Assembly (NCBI GenBank): GCA_001784285.1
Contig: MFQC01000011.1
Coordinates: forward strand, 67,640 to 131,639
Origin: Candidatus Magasanikbacteria bacterium RIFCSPHIGHO2_02_FULL_48_18
GTDB lineage: Bacteria; Patescibacteriota; Patescibacteriia; Magasanikbacterales; UBA922
Direction: 5' to 3'
Length of the DNA: 64,000 nucleotides
The notes under the pieces were generated by a model. That model saw nothing but the letters and a program-made list of their open reading frames with translations. It ran no database searches and was not told the origin of the DNA. Below, piece after piece: positions 1 through 10,249 of this stretch. The position numbers were made by a program, and so were the translations under genes. Within the stretch, counting starts at the first letter, position 1; the number at the start of each line of letters is the position of its first letter.

Positions 1-1
1 A

Positions 2-547
2 CAACAATTGTTTCAACAGCGCTTTGGCATAACGCTATACGGCTATCGGGCGCCATACTTTTCCATAAACGAACAAGCATTGCGTGTTCTCAAAACGGCT
101 CATTTCTTGTATGATTCTTCAGTTGTTCCATCTTTGCGGATTCCTGGCTGGTATGGCGTGCCCCGAGCGCCGCGTGTGCCATACAAAATCGGCAATACGC
201 TCGAGAGCGAAAGCGCGCAAAGTACATTCACGGAATTCCCGCTCAGTGTTCATCCCACATTTCGTCTCCCCGGGTTGGGCGGCTATTACTTTCGAAATTT
301 AGGGTTCTTCTGGACACGCCATTTGCTTAATATATGTATGGAACAATTGGGGTACGCCATATTTTATCTCCATCCCTGGGAACTCTCACTCACAATTCCA
401 AAACTCCGAGGAATGCCATTTTATATGCACCGAAAAACAGGAGCTTGGACTAGAGAAGCACTTGAGTCATTATTAAAAATGATGAAACACTCCTCGAACG
501 GAGAAACAATACCGTTGTCTGCTTATTGCAAGTCTCACGCTCAATAA
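2..547 (+). CDS. polysaccharide deacetylase (NodB-like) family protein, C-terminal part; 5' end lies outside the window
   Basis: ORF 8..547 is open to the window edge; YGYRAPYFSIN resembles the NodB RxPY motif and LHPWEL the LxHD-like motif; ArnD-type deformylases belong to this family. Confidence 0.45.
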   Translation, partial: QQLFQQRFGITLYGYRAPYFSINEQALRVLKTAHFLYDSSVVPSLRIPGWYGVPRAPRVPYKIGNTLESESAQSTFTEFPLSVHPTFRLPGLGGYYFRNLGFFWTRHLLNICMEQLGYAIFYLHPWELSLTIPKLRGMPFYMHRKTGAWTREALESLLKMMKHSSNGETIPLSAYCKSHAQ

Positions 548-1218
548 TATTATACGCTATGCATAGCTCAAACCATCATACACATGTTGCAGAATACTTT
601 AATAGAATTGCAGATGATTTTGATTCGTATTATGAAAAACCAAAAAATGCATTTCAACGGATTACAAATGCATTTCTTCGGAAGCCAGCAATTCAAAAAC
701 GTCTAAACCTTAGTTTTCAAGCACTGAACCATGTTCACATCCATTCCATCCTTGACATTGGATGCGGATCAGGCGTATTGGCGATCCCGCTCGCGATGTC
801 TCATCATCAGGTGATTGGTATTGACTTTTCTCATACCATGATTGAAATCGCGAAAAAAAAAGCAAAAGAGACGGGGGTACAGATTGATTTTCATATTGCG
901 GATTTTATGAAAGACACAATGCCAGAGGTTGACGCGTGTGTTGCGCTTGGCGTACTCGAATACTTTAAAAATCCTTCGGATTTCATCCAAAAAATGCTTT
1001 CTCTTGTTCCAGAAAAAGGAATTATCGTTTTTGATATACCCTCACTATTAAATTACCATACTCCGCTTCGCCTGCCGTATCTTTTGTGGCGTCACACACG
1101 AGCATATTTTTATACTCCGCTGAAACTGCGCCGCATGCTCGCCCCGTTCCAAAAACAGTTGAGCAACTGTTCAATTTTTTCCTATGGCGCTGGCTTTGTG
1201 GTTATGCTCAAAAAATAA
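526..1218 (+). CDS. class I SAM-dependent methyltransferase
   Basis: motif I ILDIGCGSGVLAIPLA and acidic motif II (VIGIDFS); begins with TTG at 526, first ATG at 559; previous gene ends 547. Confidence 0.7.
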   Translation: MQVSRSIILYAMHSSNHHTHVAEYFNRIADDFDSYYEKPKNAFQRITNAFLRKPAIQKRLNLSFQALNHVHIHSILDIGCGSGVLAIPLAMSHHQVIGIDFSHTMIEIAKKKAKETGVQIDFHIADFMKDTMPEVDACVALGVLEYFKNPSDFIQKMLSLVPEKGIIVFDIPSLLNYHTPLRLPYLLWRHTRAYFYTPLKLRRMLAPFQKQLSNCSIFSYGAGFVVMLKK

Positions 1219-1220
1219 TT

Positions 1221-2357
1221 ATGCTAAAAATTCTTCTCATTGCGCCAACGTTTGCTATTTCCAAAAATAATCGTGTTCAGGCCATGATGAGCGCATACAA
1301 AACGGCAACCAATCTTTCTCGGCATGCCCATGTTATTGTTCTTGCCGCCGGGGACCCCCCATTCTATGAACACCCAGAAAAAAACCTTGAAATCTATCGC
1401 CTCAAAAATGTATATCTGAAGGACCCTATCAATTACATGATCCCTTTCTCCATATTCTGGCACACAATCCATATTATACAAAAAGAAAAGCCGGATGTAT
1501 TTTTGGTGAATAAATTCATGTTTTTTAACGCATTTGTGATCCCTTTGCTCAAAATAATGGGGAAGCGTGTCTATACGCAAATTGACGCGTTTCCTTCTAT
1601 CGATTGGAAATCGAGAACGCCATGGATTCGTCCTATCATGTGGGTCTACCTCCGGCTCATTGGCATCCCTCTTCTTTGGATGTCCGACCTCGTCATTCTT
1701 TTCCATGAGGGAATGACACCGATAGCACAGCGCTTTCATCTCAATTTTCAGGTCATCCATAATGGGGTCAATATGGATGAATTAGAATCCGTGTCATGCG
1801 CTTCGGATGTCGAAAAAAAACGACTTGCTGACATCCATATTGGATTCGTCGGTAGACTGGAATCCATGAAAGGATATGACATTCTTCTCCAAGCGTGCCA
1901 AAAAATTCTTCCTTCCTACCCACAGGTCAAACTCTTTATGGTTGGCAACACAAAAGGAAAGGAATACATTGTGACCGAGTATCAAAGTGCCCAAATTCAT
2001 TTTCTTGATGTCCGAAATGATGTGGCATCTATTTTGAAAGGCATTGATATATTTGTTCTCCCCTCTTTTTCAGAAGGACTTTCCAATTCACTTATGGAAG
2101 CAATGGCCGCAGGGTGTGCGTGTATTACGATGGATAAAAAAGGAGGAAATCAAATTCTGATTGAAGACGGCGTGACCGGCCTTTTTGCATCTGTGGGCAA
2201 TCCTGAAGATCTGGAACAAAAACTGTGCTATCTTATTGAACATCCAGACGTACGAAAACGTCTGGGGATAAATGCCAAACAACGTATACAAAAACAATTC
2301 AATTGGAACACGATTGTGCACGAATATCTCCGCTTATTTAAAAAACAATACACATAA
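1221..2357 (+). CDS. glycosyltransferase family 4 (GT-B, retaining)
   Basis: C-terminal GT4 signature FVLPSFSEGLSNSLMEAMAAGCACI...GVTGLF; ATG at 1221 immediately after the stop at 1218. Confidence 0.8.
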   Translation: MLKILLIAPTFAISKNNRVQAMMSAYKTATNLSRHAHVIVLAAGDPPFYEHPEKNLEIYRLKNVYLKDPINYMIPFSIFWHTIHIIQKEKPDVFLVNKFMFFNAFVIPLLKIMGKRVYTQIDAFPSIDWKSRTPWIRPIMWVYLRLIGIPLLWMSDLVILFHEGMTPIAQRFHLNFQVIHNGVNMDELESVSCASDVEKKRLADIHIGFVGRLESMKGYDILLQACQKILPSYPQVKLFMVGNTKGKEYIVTEYQSAQIHFLDVRNDVASILKGIDIFVLPSFSEGLSNSLMEAMAAGCACITMDKKGGNQILIEDGVTGLFASVGNPEDLEQKLCYLIEHPDVRKRLGINAKQRIQKQFNWNTIVHEYLRLFKKQYT

Positions 2358-2362
2358 TTCTT

Positions 2363-4255
2363 ATGTGCGGCATCACCGGTAAAATCGCTTTAACACATAC
2401 CACACCTATAACCAAAGAAGAAATTCACCGCATGAACGAGCGGATTATTCATCGTGGACCTGATGATGAGGGGATATATATTGATCCAAGACACCGCGTG
2501 GGCCTGGGCCATAGGCGTCTCTCGATTGTGGATCTCTCTCCTGCCGGCCACCAGCCGATGTCAAATCCAGAAAAAACCGTATGGATTACGTTCAATGGCG
2601 AAATTTATAATTTTGCATCCTTGCGCGCGGATCTTGAAAAAAAGGGGTATCAATTTCAATCCCGCACAGACACCGAAGTCATTATTTACTTATGGCAAGA
2701 GTATGGCGAACGGTGCGTTTCGTTTTTACGAGGCATGTTTGCCTTTGCCATTTGGGATGAACAAAAACAAATAGTATTTCTCGCGCGAGACCGACTTGGC
2801 AAAAAACCGCTGAAATACTATATCGGCCCGGACACCATGGTCTTTGCGTCGGAACTCAAGGCATTTTTGGGAGAACCCGGCGTCCCTCGTGAGGTTGATT
2901 ATGAAGCCATCTATCATTACCTCACTCTCCAGTACGTTCCCCATCCACTTACAGGATTTGCTCGAATTTACAAATTGCCGGCGGCGCATTATCTGACGGT
3001 TGACCTTGCGCATGACAAACCCATCATTTCCGAACCGATCCAATATTGGAATTTGGACTATTCAAAAAAACTCAACCTTCCGGAAGAAGAATGGAAAGAG
3101 CGCATCATTGATAAATTGGATGAGTGCGTCAAATTACGCATGATTGCCGACGTGCCGCTTGGCGCGTTTCTCTCGGGCGGCGTGGATTCAAGCGGTGTTG
3201 TGGCATTTATGGCCAAAAACAGCCCGCGCCCGGTGAAAACCTTTTCTATTGGATTTACGGAAAAATCGTTCAATGAACTGCCCTACGCAAGAATGATGGC
3301 CACACGATACGGCACGGAGCACCAAGAATTCATCGTGGAACCGGACGCGATGACGGTCTTGCCCCATCTCGTGTATCATTATGAAGAACCGTATGCCGAT
3401 TCATCGGCCATTCCGACATACTACATCTCAAAAATAACTCGGACGCACGCGACCGTTGCTCTAAACGGCGATGGCGGCGATGAAAATTTTGCCGGCTACC
3501 CGTGGTATCGGGTGCTTTTTTATGCATCACTCTACCAAAAAACACCTTGGCTCTTTCGTAAAGTTAATCACCGTCTCACCGCGCTCCTTGCGCGTCTCTT
3601 TTCAACTTCGTCGCTTTTGACCTATGGACTCACCTATGCCAAAGGGAGCCTCTCCGCTTCAATTGCCTATACGCACTCGGAATTGCTCGCCTATATCCAA
3701 GAAGAACAAAAAAATGCCGCCTTTATTCCGCCGCACGGCGCAAGCACGCACACCATCCTTGAACGGTATTATGCGGAAGCGGCGAATTGGGATTTGATTG
3801 ACAAAGCCGTGTATGCCGACATTCACACGTATCTCCAGGATGACTTATTGACAAAAGTGGATATTGCAACAATGAGTGTATCTCTTGAAGGACGTTCGCC
3901 GCTCCTCGATCATGAATTCATGGAAATGACCACCATGATTCCTGCGAATCTCAAAGTAACCAAAAAAGAAAATAAATATATATTCAAAAAAGCCCTTGAA
4001 CCGTTTGTACCGAAAGAACTTATGTACCGTAAAAAACGAGGATTCAGCATTCCAATCAACCATTGGCTCCGAACCTCTCTCTGCGATTATGCGCAGGAAA
4101 TACTCTCCGATGATCACGCGTTTACAAAGGAAATTCTTGGGAGAGACTTGATACCGCACCTTTGGGAAAACCATCTCAGAGGAAAAAAAGAAGGAAAAAA
4201 AATATGGGCGCTCTTGACGCTTGAATTATGGCATCGTCAATTTTTTTCATCCTAA
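2363..4255 (+). CDS. asnB: asparagine synthase (glutamine-hydrolysing) family amidotransferase
   Basis: N-terminal MCGITG nucleophile, SGGVDSS PP-loop, 630 aa; AsnB paralogues in glycan clusters often amidate uronic sugars. Confidence 0.85.
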   Translation: MCGITGKIALTHTTPITKEEIHRMNERIIHRGPDDEGIYIDPRHRVGLGHRRLSIVDLSPAGHQPMSNPEKTVWITFNGEIYNFASLRADLEKKGYQFQSRTDTEVIIYLWQEYGERCVSFLRGMFAFAIWDEQKQIVFLARDRLGKKPLKYYIGPDTMVFASELKAFLGEPGVPREVDYEAIYHYLTLQYVPHPLTGFARIYKLPAAHYLTVDLAHDKPIISEPIQYWNLDYSKKLNLPEEEWKERIIDKLDECVKLRMIADVPLGAFLSGGVDSSGVVAFMAKNSPRPVKTFSIGFTEKSFNELPYARMMATRYGTEHQEFIVEPDAMTVLPHLVYHYEEPYADSSAIPTYYISKITRTHATVALNGDGGDENFAGYPWYRVLFYASLYQKTPWLFRKVNHRLTALLARLFSTSSLLTYGLTYAKGSLSASIAYTHSELLAYIQEEQKNAAFIPPHGASTHTILERYYAEAANWDLIDKAVYADIHTYLQDDLLTKVDIATMSVSLEGRSPLLDHEFMEMTTMIPANLKVTKKENKYIFKKALEPFVPKELMYRKKRGFSIPINHWLRTSLCDYAQEILSDDHAFTKEILGRDLIPHLWENHLRGKKEGKKIWALLTLELWHRQFFSS

Positions 4256-4286
4256 TCATGCGGACAGCGCCATGCAAAAAACATGT

Positions 4287-5228
4287 ATGAGAAAAAAAAT
4301 ACACATTATCACACCAATACGGCCTGGCGGACCTCAAATGTGGGGCCGCCTCCTTGCGAAAGAATTGAATATACGAGATGAATGGTCTGCAACCCATACC
4401 CGCACACTGCCGCGCATGATCATGACGCCATTCTATGAGCCGGCTGACGTGGTCCACACATCTGTACCGATCACCTACCGGCTCTGGAAGAAACCGCTGA
4501 TTCTCACGCTTCGTGGAAATTTTATGATTGAATATTATTATTGGGCAAGAATGTACCCGCGGTCCATACGAATGGCCGACATTGTCACGGTTTCAAGCCA
4601 CTTTCTCAAAGAAACGCTCCGTCTCCCGAACGCGCTTGTCATTCCTCCCTCCGCTGACCTGCCGCAGATGCCTGTCAGACAGAGGACCGACGAACACACA
4701 ATCCGCATACTTATCGTCACAAAATTTTGTTTTCCTCAAAAATCACGAGGGGTACTCACTCTTCTCGACGCACTCTCAAAAACAAAGATCAAAAAACATC
4801 CGATTTCTATTGCCATCCTCGGCGGCGGTGTATATTTGAATGAAATAAAAAGAGAATCGCGACGATGTGGACTCCCTGTAACGTTTTACGGTTTTACCGA
4901 TCCAAAACCATTTTTTGAACAGTCAGACATCTTTTTATACTGGTCCAAACACGACAATACGCCGATTGCGGTCCTTGAAGCCATGTCGTATGGCCTCCCC
5001 GTTGTCGCCAATAACGTAGGCGCCATGACAGAACTCGTCACCCACAAAGAAACCGGTCTCATTGCAAATACTCCCGATGAATTTACCGCGTATGTCAATG
5101 AACTTTTTGACCATCCAGAGTTGCAACGCACCTTGGGCGAAGGCGCACGCCATGCCATTCTCACCACGTTTAGCCACGCGCGAGTGGTGCCCCAATATGA
5201 ATCGCTCTACCGAGGAGTAATATCCTAA
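4287..5228 (+). CDS. glycosyltransferase, GT4-like
   Basis: C-terminal EAMSYGLPVVANNVGAMTELV...TGLI motif; ATG at 4287 after the asnB stop. Confidence 0.65.
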   Translation: MRKKIHIITPIRPGGPQMWGRLLAKELNIRDEWSATHTRTLPRMIMTPFYEPADVVHTSVPITYRLWKKPLILTLRGNFMIEYYYWARMYPRSIRMADIVTVSSHFLKETLRLPNALVIPPSADLPQMPVRQRTDEHTIRILIVTKFCFPQKSRGVLTLLDALSKTKIKKHPISIAILGGGVYLNEIKRESRRCGLPVTFYGFTDPKPFFEQSDIFLYWSKHDNTPIAVLEAMSYGLPVVANNVGAMTELVTHKETGLIANTPDEFTAYVNELFDHPELQRTLGEGARHAILTTFSHARVVPQYESLYRGVIS

Positions 5229-5230
5229 GC

Positions 5231-6739
5231 ATGCGTATGATGATGGACATTGGGCATAAAAAAAAGATGATTATTGTGGAAATACTGATTCTCGCAACGG
5301 CATCTCTTTTGTTTATTATTCCTCAACTGTACAGCCAAATCGCGCAGGACCAGCTCCCCGCGACCGGAGACCTCATACATCGTCGCATTGTCTATTTTCT
5401 CACGAATTTTCCCAACTTTCAGGATGCGCCGCCGTTTACTCTCTCACACTCGACGTTATATCATTACGTCATTTCGTATGTCAATATTATAACCGGTCTC
5501 GTCGGCGATACGGCATTTTATGGGTTCAGTATTCTGAACCTGCTGATGTTGCCGCTTGCCCTCTTGGTGGCTTTTGTCTTTGTGAGACGGCTCGCTCCTC
5601 GATATGGTATTTTCGCGGCACTGCTTATTCTATTAAATCCGCTTCTCCTCTTTCCTTTTTTTGGCCATGCGGATCAACATTTGATTTATATTTTTTTCTC
5701 TCTTTTTCTCTTTGTCATTCTTTTTTTTGAGCCAACGATAAAAACGCAAATGGCCGCCATCCTCCTATTCGGTGTATTGCTGAATAGTAGCTTGGCCATC
5801 TGGCTTCCGCTTGCGTTTATGATGTTGGTCTTAGAATTGGCATTTCCAAAATGGAAAATCCTCTTACTAGGGGCATGCAGTATGGCGCTGTATCTTCCTT
5901 TTTTACGACCGCCGCTGGGGTATCTCTTGTTTGGCGATTATCTGGTGCATCCAGAGACGCTCTTCAAGATACTTATCCTTCTTGGCGTTGGGGTTCTTCT
6001 CTTGCTTCTTTCCTATCGATATATTCAAAAACTCCACACAAAACAGATGGGCGCCTTCCTCATCGCGTCTGTCCTCACACTTTTTTTTCTGACATCCCAC
6101 CAAGGCGGCCCTTATGCAACCAATGTGCGTCCTCTTGCCAAACAAGCCATCCAAACGTCTTTTGAAGAAACGAGCTTTATCAACTATATTTTTTCCAACA
6201 ATCCCAGTAAACACGTTGATGGATTTTCTCTCTATATTGGCGTCATCATGTTCCTCGTGATTCTTTCACTCCAAACACTGAAAGAAAAGAACTGGCGTTT
6301 TACCACAAAAGAAAAGATACTCCACGCCATGATTTTTATCCCATTCGCATTAGCCTTGCTCCGGTATATGCTTCTCCGGGTTAATTTCGATTATTTTTTA
6401 TATACCCCAATCTACAATCTTCATGTTGGCCGGCTTATGTCCATTTCATTATTTTTACTTCCGCTGTCGCTTTCTCTCTATTGGCCCGCAATACAACGCG
6501 TGCTCAAGCCGATGGGAACAAAATTTCTCCTCTCTGTCATGGTTATTGTCATCGTTATGATTTCCCAATTTTATTATGTGAGAGTCTACCCGAATTGGAC
6601 ACAGCATACATACCAACAGGCAATACACCGAGCGCTGAAACAAGGCATTGGTGATGATCTCTCTCCTCCTGAAGCAGAATACGCGCGCCATTTTTTTCAG
6701 CATGACACCCTTTTTGGGACATCAGACATCCGACGATAG
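5231..6739 (+). CDS. polytopic integral membrane protein, candidate GT-C-type (lipid-linked sugar) glycosyltransferase; paralogue of 8623..10218
   Basis: more than 10 predicted TM helices; shares the FGHADQH...EPTIKTQMAAILLFGVLL block with the SMYWGI..GHATHRAF..EPKRLTAIFLLFGIV block of 8623..10218. Confidence 0.6.
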   Translation: MRMMMDIGHKKKMIIVEILILATASLLFIIPQLYSQIAQDQLPATGDLIHRRIVYFLTNFPNFQDAPPFTLSHSTLYHYVISYVNIITGLVGDTAFYGFSILNLLMLPLALLVAFVFVRRLAPRYGIFAALLILLNPLLLFPFFGHADQHLIYIFFSLFLFVILFFEPTIKTQMAAILLFGVLLNSSLAIWLPLAFMMLVLELAFPKWKILLLGACSMALYLPFLRPPLGYLLFGDYLVHPETLFKILILLGVGVLLLLLSYRYIQKLHTKQMGAFLIASVLTLFFLTSHQGGPYATNVRPLAKQAIQTSFEETSFINYIFSNNPSKHVDGFSLYIGVIMFLVILSLQTLKEKNWRFTTKEKILHAMIFIPFALALLRYMLLRVNFDYFLYTPIYNLHVGRLMSISLFLLPLSLSLYWPAIQRVLKPMGTKFLLSVMVIVIVMISQFYYVRVYPNWTQHTYQQAIHRALKQGIGDDLSPPEAEYARHFFQHDTLFGTSDIRR

Positions 6740-6764
6740 CGCGCCTCCCATTGTAAAACCTCCT

Positions 6765-7556
6765 ATGATAAGCATTCTCCTTGGCGTGTATAACGGGGAA
6801 AACGATCTCCCCCAAACACTCGCGAGTATCGCACACCAAACCTACACCGACTGGCATGTAGTTGCGGTTGACGATGGATCATGTGACAGAACCTATGACG
6901 TCCTCGCCCAATTTCAAAAACAATTTCCACAAAAAACGACCCTCCTCAAAAATGATCAAAATATGGGGCTGACCAAATCGCTCATAAAAGCCGCGGCGGT
7001 TGCCACTGGTTCGTACTTGGCGCGTCTTGATGCGGGAGACGAATTTCTTCCCGCCAAACTGGAAAAACAAATTGATTTTTTAGAACATCACCAGGATTAT
7101 GGCATCATAGGTTGCAATTATATCAACACCTTTCTCCCCTCTGGGAAAGAAAAAAAGAGCCGCCTCCCGATTGATAATAACGATATCCAAAAAACACTTA
7201 TCAAAAAAAACCCATTCGCCCACAGTTGTGTGCTTATTCGAAAAAAAATCTATACGAAGGCCGGCGGATATGACGAAACTATTCGATATGGCCAAGATTA
7301 TGAGTTATGGTTTCGAATCCTTCGCCTTTCAAAGGGCGCCAACCTGAGCGACCATCTCTGCGTGAGAACCATTCATACCAATCATATCAGCCTTTCTCTG
7401 GGGTATCGCAAACAAAGACAGCAAATGTGGCAAGGGATGAAAACACAATGGAAATATATGTCCAAAAAAAATGCGAAACATTACTTGTATATGCTCGGAC
7501 TGCTGAGTTTGATTTTGATTCCAGACATGATAAAAAAATATCTAAAAAAAAAATAA
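6765..7556 (+). CDS. glycosyltransferase family 2
   Basis: ISILLGVYNGEN...VAVDDGSCD (DxD-type GT-A N-terminal motifs); alternative ATG at 6702 overlaps the upstream gene. Confidence 0.75.
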   Translation: MISILLGVYNGENDLPQTLASIAHQTYTDWHVVAVDDGSCDRTYDVLAQFQKQFPQKTTLLKNDQNMGLTKSLIKAAAVATGSYLARLDAGDEFLPAKLEKQIDFLEHHQDYGIIGCNYINTFLPSGKEKKSRLPIDNNDIQKTLIKKNPFAHSCVLIRKKIYTKAGGYDETIRYGQDYELWFRILRLSKGANLSDHLCVRTIHTNHISLSLGYRKQRQQMWQGMKTQWKYMSKKNAKHYLYMLGLLSLILIPDMIKKYLKKK

Positions 7557-7610
7557 CTTTTGAAAGAACGCATGAAAAATCTTTCTTTGTAAAATATAAT
7601 ATAATATTTT

Positions 7611-8615
7611 ATGTTACGTGTGTGTTTTCCATTTAAACCAAAAATCTCAATCGGCGGAACGCGTACCTTTGCAGAACAGTTCACACGTGGGCTCCGATCT
7701 CGAGGCATTACTGTCATCTCGGACCCAAACCAACCATATGATGTTTTCTTCACAATCACAGGAAATAATATAACAGACGCCATCCAAGCAAAAAAACAAA
7801 GAATCCCAATCATACAGCGACTCGATGGCGTTTATTATTACAGCCTCCATGGCGTGCCATACTTCCTCCTCAACGCCAAAATGAAAATGATACATAATTG
7901 GCTTGCAGATGTGGTGATTTATCAAAGTAAATACTCGAAATTTTGTTGTGAACGCTTCTTAGGAAAGAGTCGCGCCAAACATTTCTCTGTTATTTATAAC
8001 GGCGTGGATTGCTTACAATTTTCACCGGCTGAAGCTCATGAAGTACCCCAGGAACATAAAAAAATCCTATTCACCGCAAGTGTGTTTAGAAGAAAAGACA
8101 TGATCGAACCAATAATCAAAGCATTGGACATACTGTGGGAACGGCGGAAGGATTTTATTTTTCTCGTGGCTGGAAATTTTCTTAGTGAAGCAAAAAAGTC
8201 CTTTCTTGATCTTCAACGACCATACACAAAATTTATTGGCCCTGTCACCAGATCAGAGCTCCCCAACCATCTCAGATCAAGCCACGTTTTCCTTTTTTCT
8301 TCCATCAATCCACCATGCCCAAATAGTGTATTAGAATCCATGTCATCCGGCGTACCTATTTGTGGAATAGCTATGGGAGCGATGCCAGAGCTTGTAGAAC
8401 ATGGTCGTGATGGCCTCTTAGTTCCTCATCATCATGACAACTTTTGGCATCTCCATCCAATTGATATAAAGACATTTGCATCAAATATTGAGTATATGAT
8501 GAATCATCATAAAAAAATGGGAAATCATGCGCGCAATCACGTAGAACGTGAATTTTCATTCAACCGCATGCTGGATCAATACATCGAAGTCCTTACATCC
8601 GCTGCCCGTGTGTAG
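7611..8615 (+). CDS. glycosyltransferase family 4
   Basis: FLFSSINPPCPNSVLESMSSGVPICGIAMGAMPELVEHGRDGLLV; TATAAT-like hexamers lie 5-16 nt upstream of the ATG. Confidence 0.8.
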   Translation: MLRVCFPFKPKISIGGTRTFAEQFTRGLRSRGITVISDPNQPYDVFFTITGNNITDAIQAKKQRIPIIQRLDGVYYYSLHGVPYFLLNAKMKMIHNWLADVVIYQSKYSKFCCERFLGKSRAKHFSVIYNGVDCLQFSPAEAHEVPQEHKKILFTASVFRRKDMIEPIIKALDILWERRKDFIFLVAGNFLSEAKKSFLDLQRPYTKFIGPVTRSELPNHLRSSHVFLFSSINPPCPNSVLESMSSGVPICGIAMGAMPELVEHGRDGLLVPHHHDNFWHLHPIDIKTFASNIEYMMNHHKKMGNHARNHVEREFSFNRMLDQYIEVLTSAARV

Positions 8616-8622
8616 CCATATT

Positions 8623-10218
8623 ATGATCGACGAATATATAAAAACATTTAAGTCTCTTTTCTACCGCATGCGCCCAACATCACGTGCTCTTATTATTTTT
8701 CTTTTTATAAGTATCTTGCTTTTTATTCGCAGTATTTATTTTGATAAATACCTCTCCTCCGATCAAATGTTTTTCCAACTAGTGTATCTTGGTAAAACAG
8801 AAATAAATTATTCGGACTACCGTGTTCCTGCGTTGGACTCATATATCCCATTTGTGTTCACTAACTATCTTCGTCAATTTTTTCAGGATCCCATCTGGGT
8901 ATATCGTTCGATTTTGCCAGTATTAATTTTTTTGTATCTTACATCTTTCTACGTTATTCTGAAAAAACTCATCCAAAAAGAATGGATTTCCATCATCGTA
9001 CCCTTGGTATCATTACTGCCTCGCAAGGCAATGGCTTCCATGTACTGGGGAATAATTACCATTGGGCATGCGACACACCGAGCATTTCTCCAACCTTTTT
9101 TTATACTCTTCTTTTATCTTTTATATCGCTACCAGCACGAACCGAAACGTCTCACCGCCATATTTCTTCTTTTTGGCATCGTCAGCAGCCTGTATCCAAC
9201 TCAATCTTTTTATCTGGTTGCAATCTCGTTCCTTACACTACTTATCACAAATCATTTCGCATGGAAAACATGGCGCCAATGCGTCTTGTATGGAATCGCT
9301 TTCTTGCTTGGCACGCTGTATTATATTCTTCCAAATCTTACAATAGGGCTAAACATAGACCCACTTGATCCGATGCTTATCCCAGAATTTAACGAAGCAC
9401 TTCGGTACCGTTTTTCCTATACCTTCTATCCCGGTAGCCTCTATACATATACCCGGTCGATACTTCTTGACAGCGCCCTGCTCTTTGCGATCTACATCTT
9501 CATCAACAAAAAAATACACACGCTGTCTTCTGAACACCAAAAACTTTTGCACTTCAGTAACATAAACCTCCTGTCTGTGGGCATCATCACATTTGGAATG
9601 CCACTGATACAAGATATCATAAGCGCACTATTCCACACGAGACTTCTTATATTTGAACAATTTGCCACCTCACGGTTTGCCTATCTTAATTTATATATTG
9701 GATTTGCCCTATTCTTACTATATATCAGACATCATACAAAAATTTCTTTCAAAAAAAGCAGTATATATATTGTCATCAGTATAACACTCCTAACTTTAAC
9801 AAATTTTTTTCTGTTATATGATCTCATTAAAAAAATCTATCCTCTTACTGAATTTTCAGTTACGAATCCAAATTTTCAAGAAACATGCGAATGGATTAAA
9901 ATAAACACAGACCCGTCTCTCCTTCTCATCACAGAAGATTTCAACTTTCGTCTCTGCACTGAAAGAAAAATCTTTGTGTCATGGAAAGATGGCATGGTAT
10001 ACCTCTACCGTTCACCAAAAAATTTTATTGAATGGTACCGCCGTCTCCGCGAGCAACAGGAGGCATACGCACAACATGATATAGTGACTCTTCTCACGAT
10101 TGCAAAAAATCAAAATGGGAGTATACTTATCGATAAACTATCGTGGCCTGAAATTACGACCTTGAAAACCTCTATCCTATTCGAAAACAACAGATATATA
10201 TTTTTGCATCCAAAATAA
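8623..10218 (+). CDS. polytopic integral membrane protein, candidate GT-C-type glycosyltransferase (intact paralogue)
   Basis: ATG at 8623 after the stop at 8615; many TM helices; conserved YWGI.T.GHATHRAFLQPF and LNIDPL..FNEALRYRFSYTFYP blocks recur in the remnant at 12600..13290. Confidence 0.65.
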   Translation: MIDEYIKTFKSLFYRMRPTSRALIIFLFISILLFIRSIYFDKYLSSDQMFFQLVYLGKTEINYSDYRVPALDSYIPFVFTNYLRQFFQDPIWVYRSILPVLIFLYLTSFYVILKKLIQKEWISIIVPLVSLLPRKAMASMYWGIITIGHATHRAFLQPFFILFFYLLYRYQHEPKRLTAIFLLFGIVSSLYPTQSFYLVAISFLTLLITNHFAWKTWRQCVLYGIAFLLGTLYYILPNLTIGLNIDPLDPMLIPEFNEALRYRFSYTFYPGSLYTYTRSILLDSALLFAIYIFINKKIHTLSSEHQKLLHFSNINLLSVGIITFGMPLIQDIISALFHTRLLIFEQFATSRFAYLNLYIGFALFLLYIRHHTKISFKKSSIYIVISITLLTLTNFFLLYDLIKKIYPLTEFSVTNPNFQETCEWIKINTDPSLLLITEDFNFRLCTERKIFVSWKDGMVYLYRSPKNFIEWYRRLREQQEAYAQHDIVTLLTIAKNQNGSILIDKLSWPEITTLKTSILFENNRYIFLHPK

Positions 10219-10249
10219 TCCTTATTCCTAATTTTTACGTACATACCGT

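Noticed and set aside
7590-7611. leaderless-mRNA promoter for the GT4 at 7611 (TATAAT 11 nt upstream of the ATG)
   Set aside because: The region is simply AT-rich with several overlapping TATAAT-like hexamers and no convincing -35 element, so this is too ambiguous to call.
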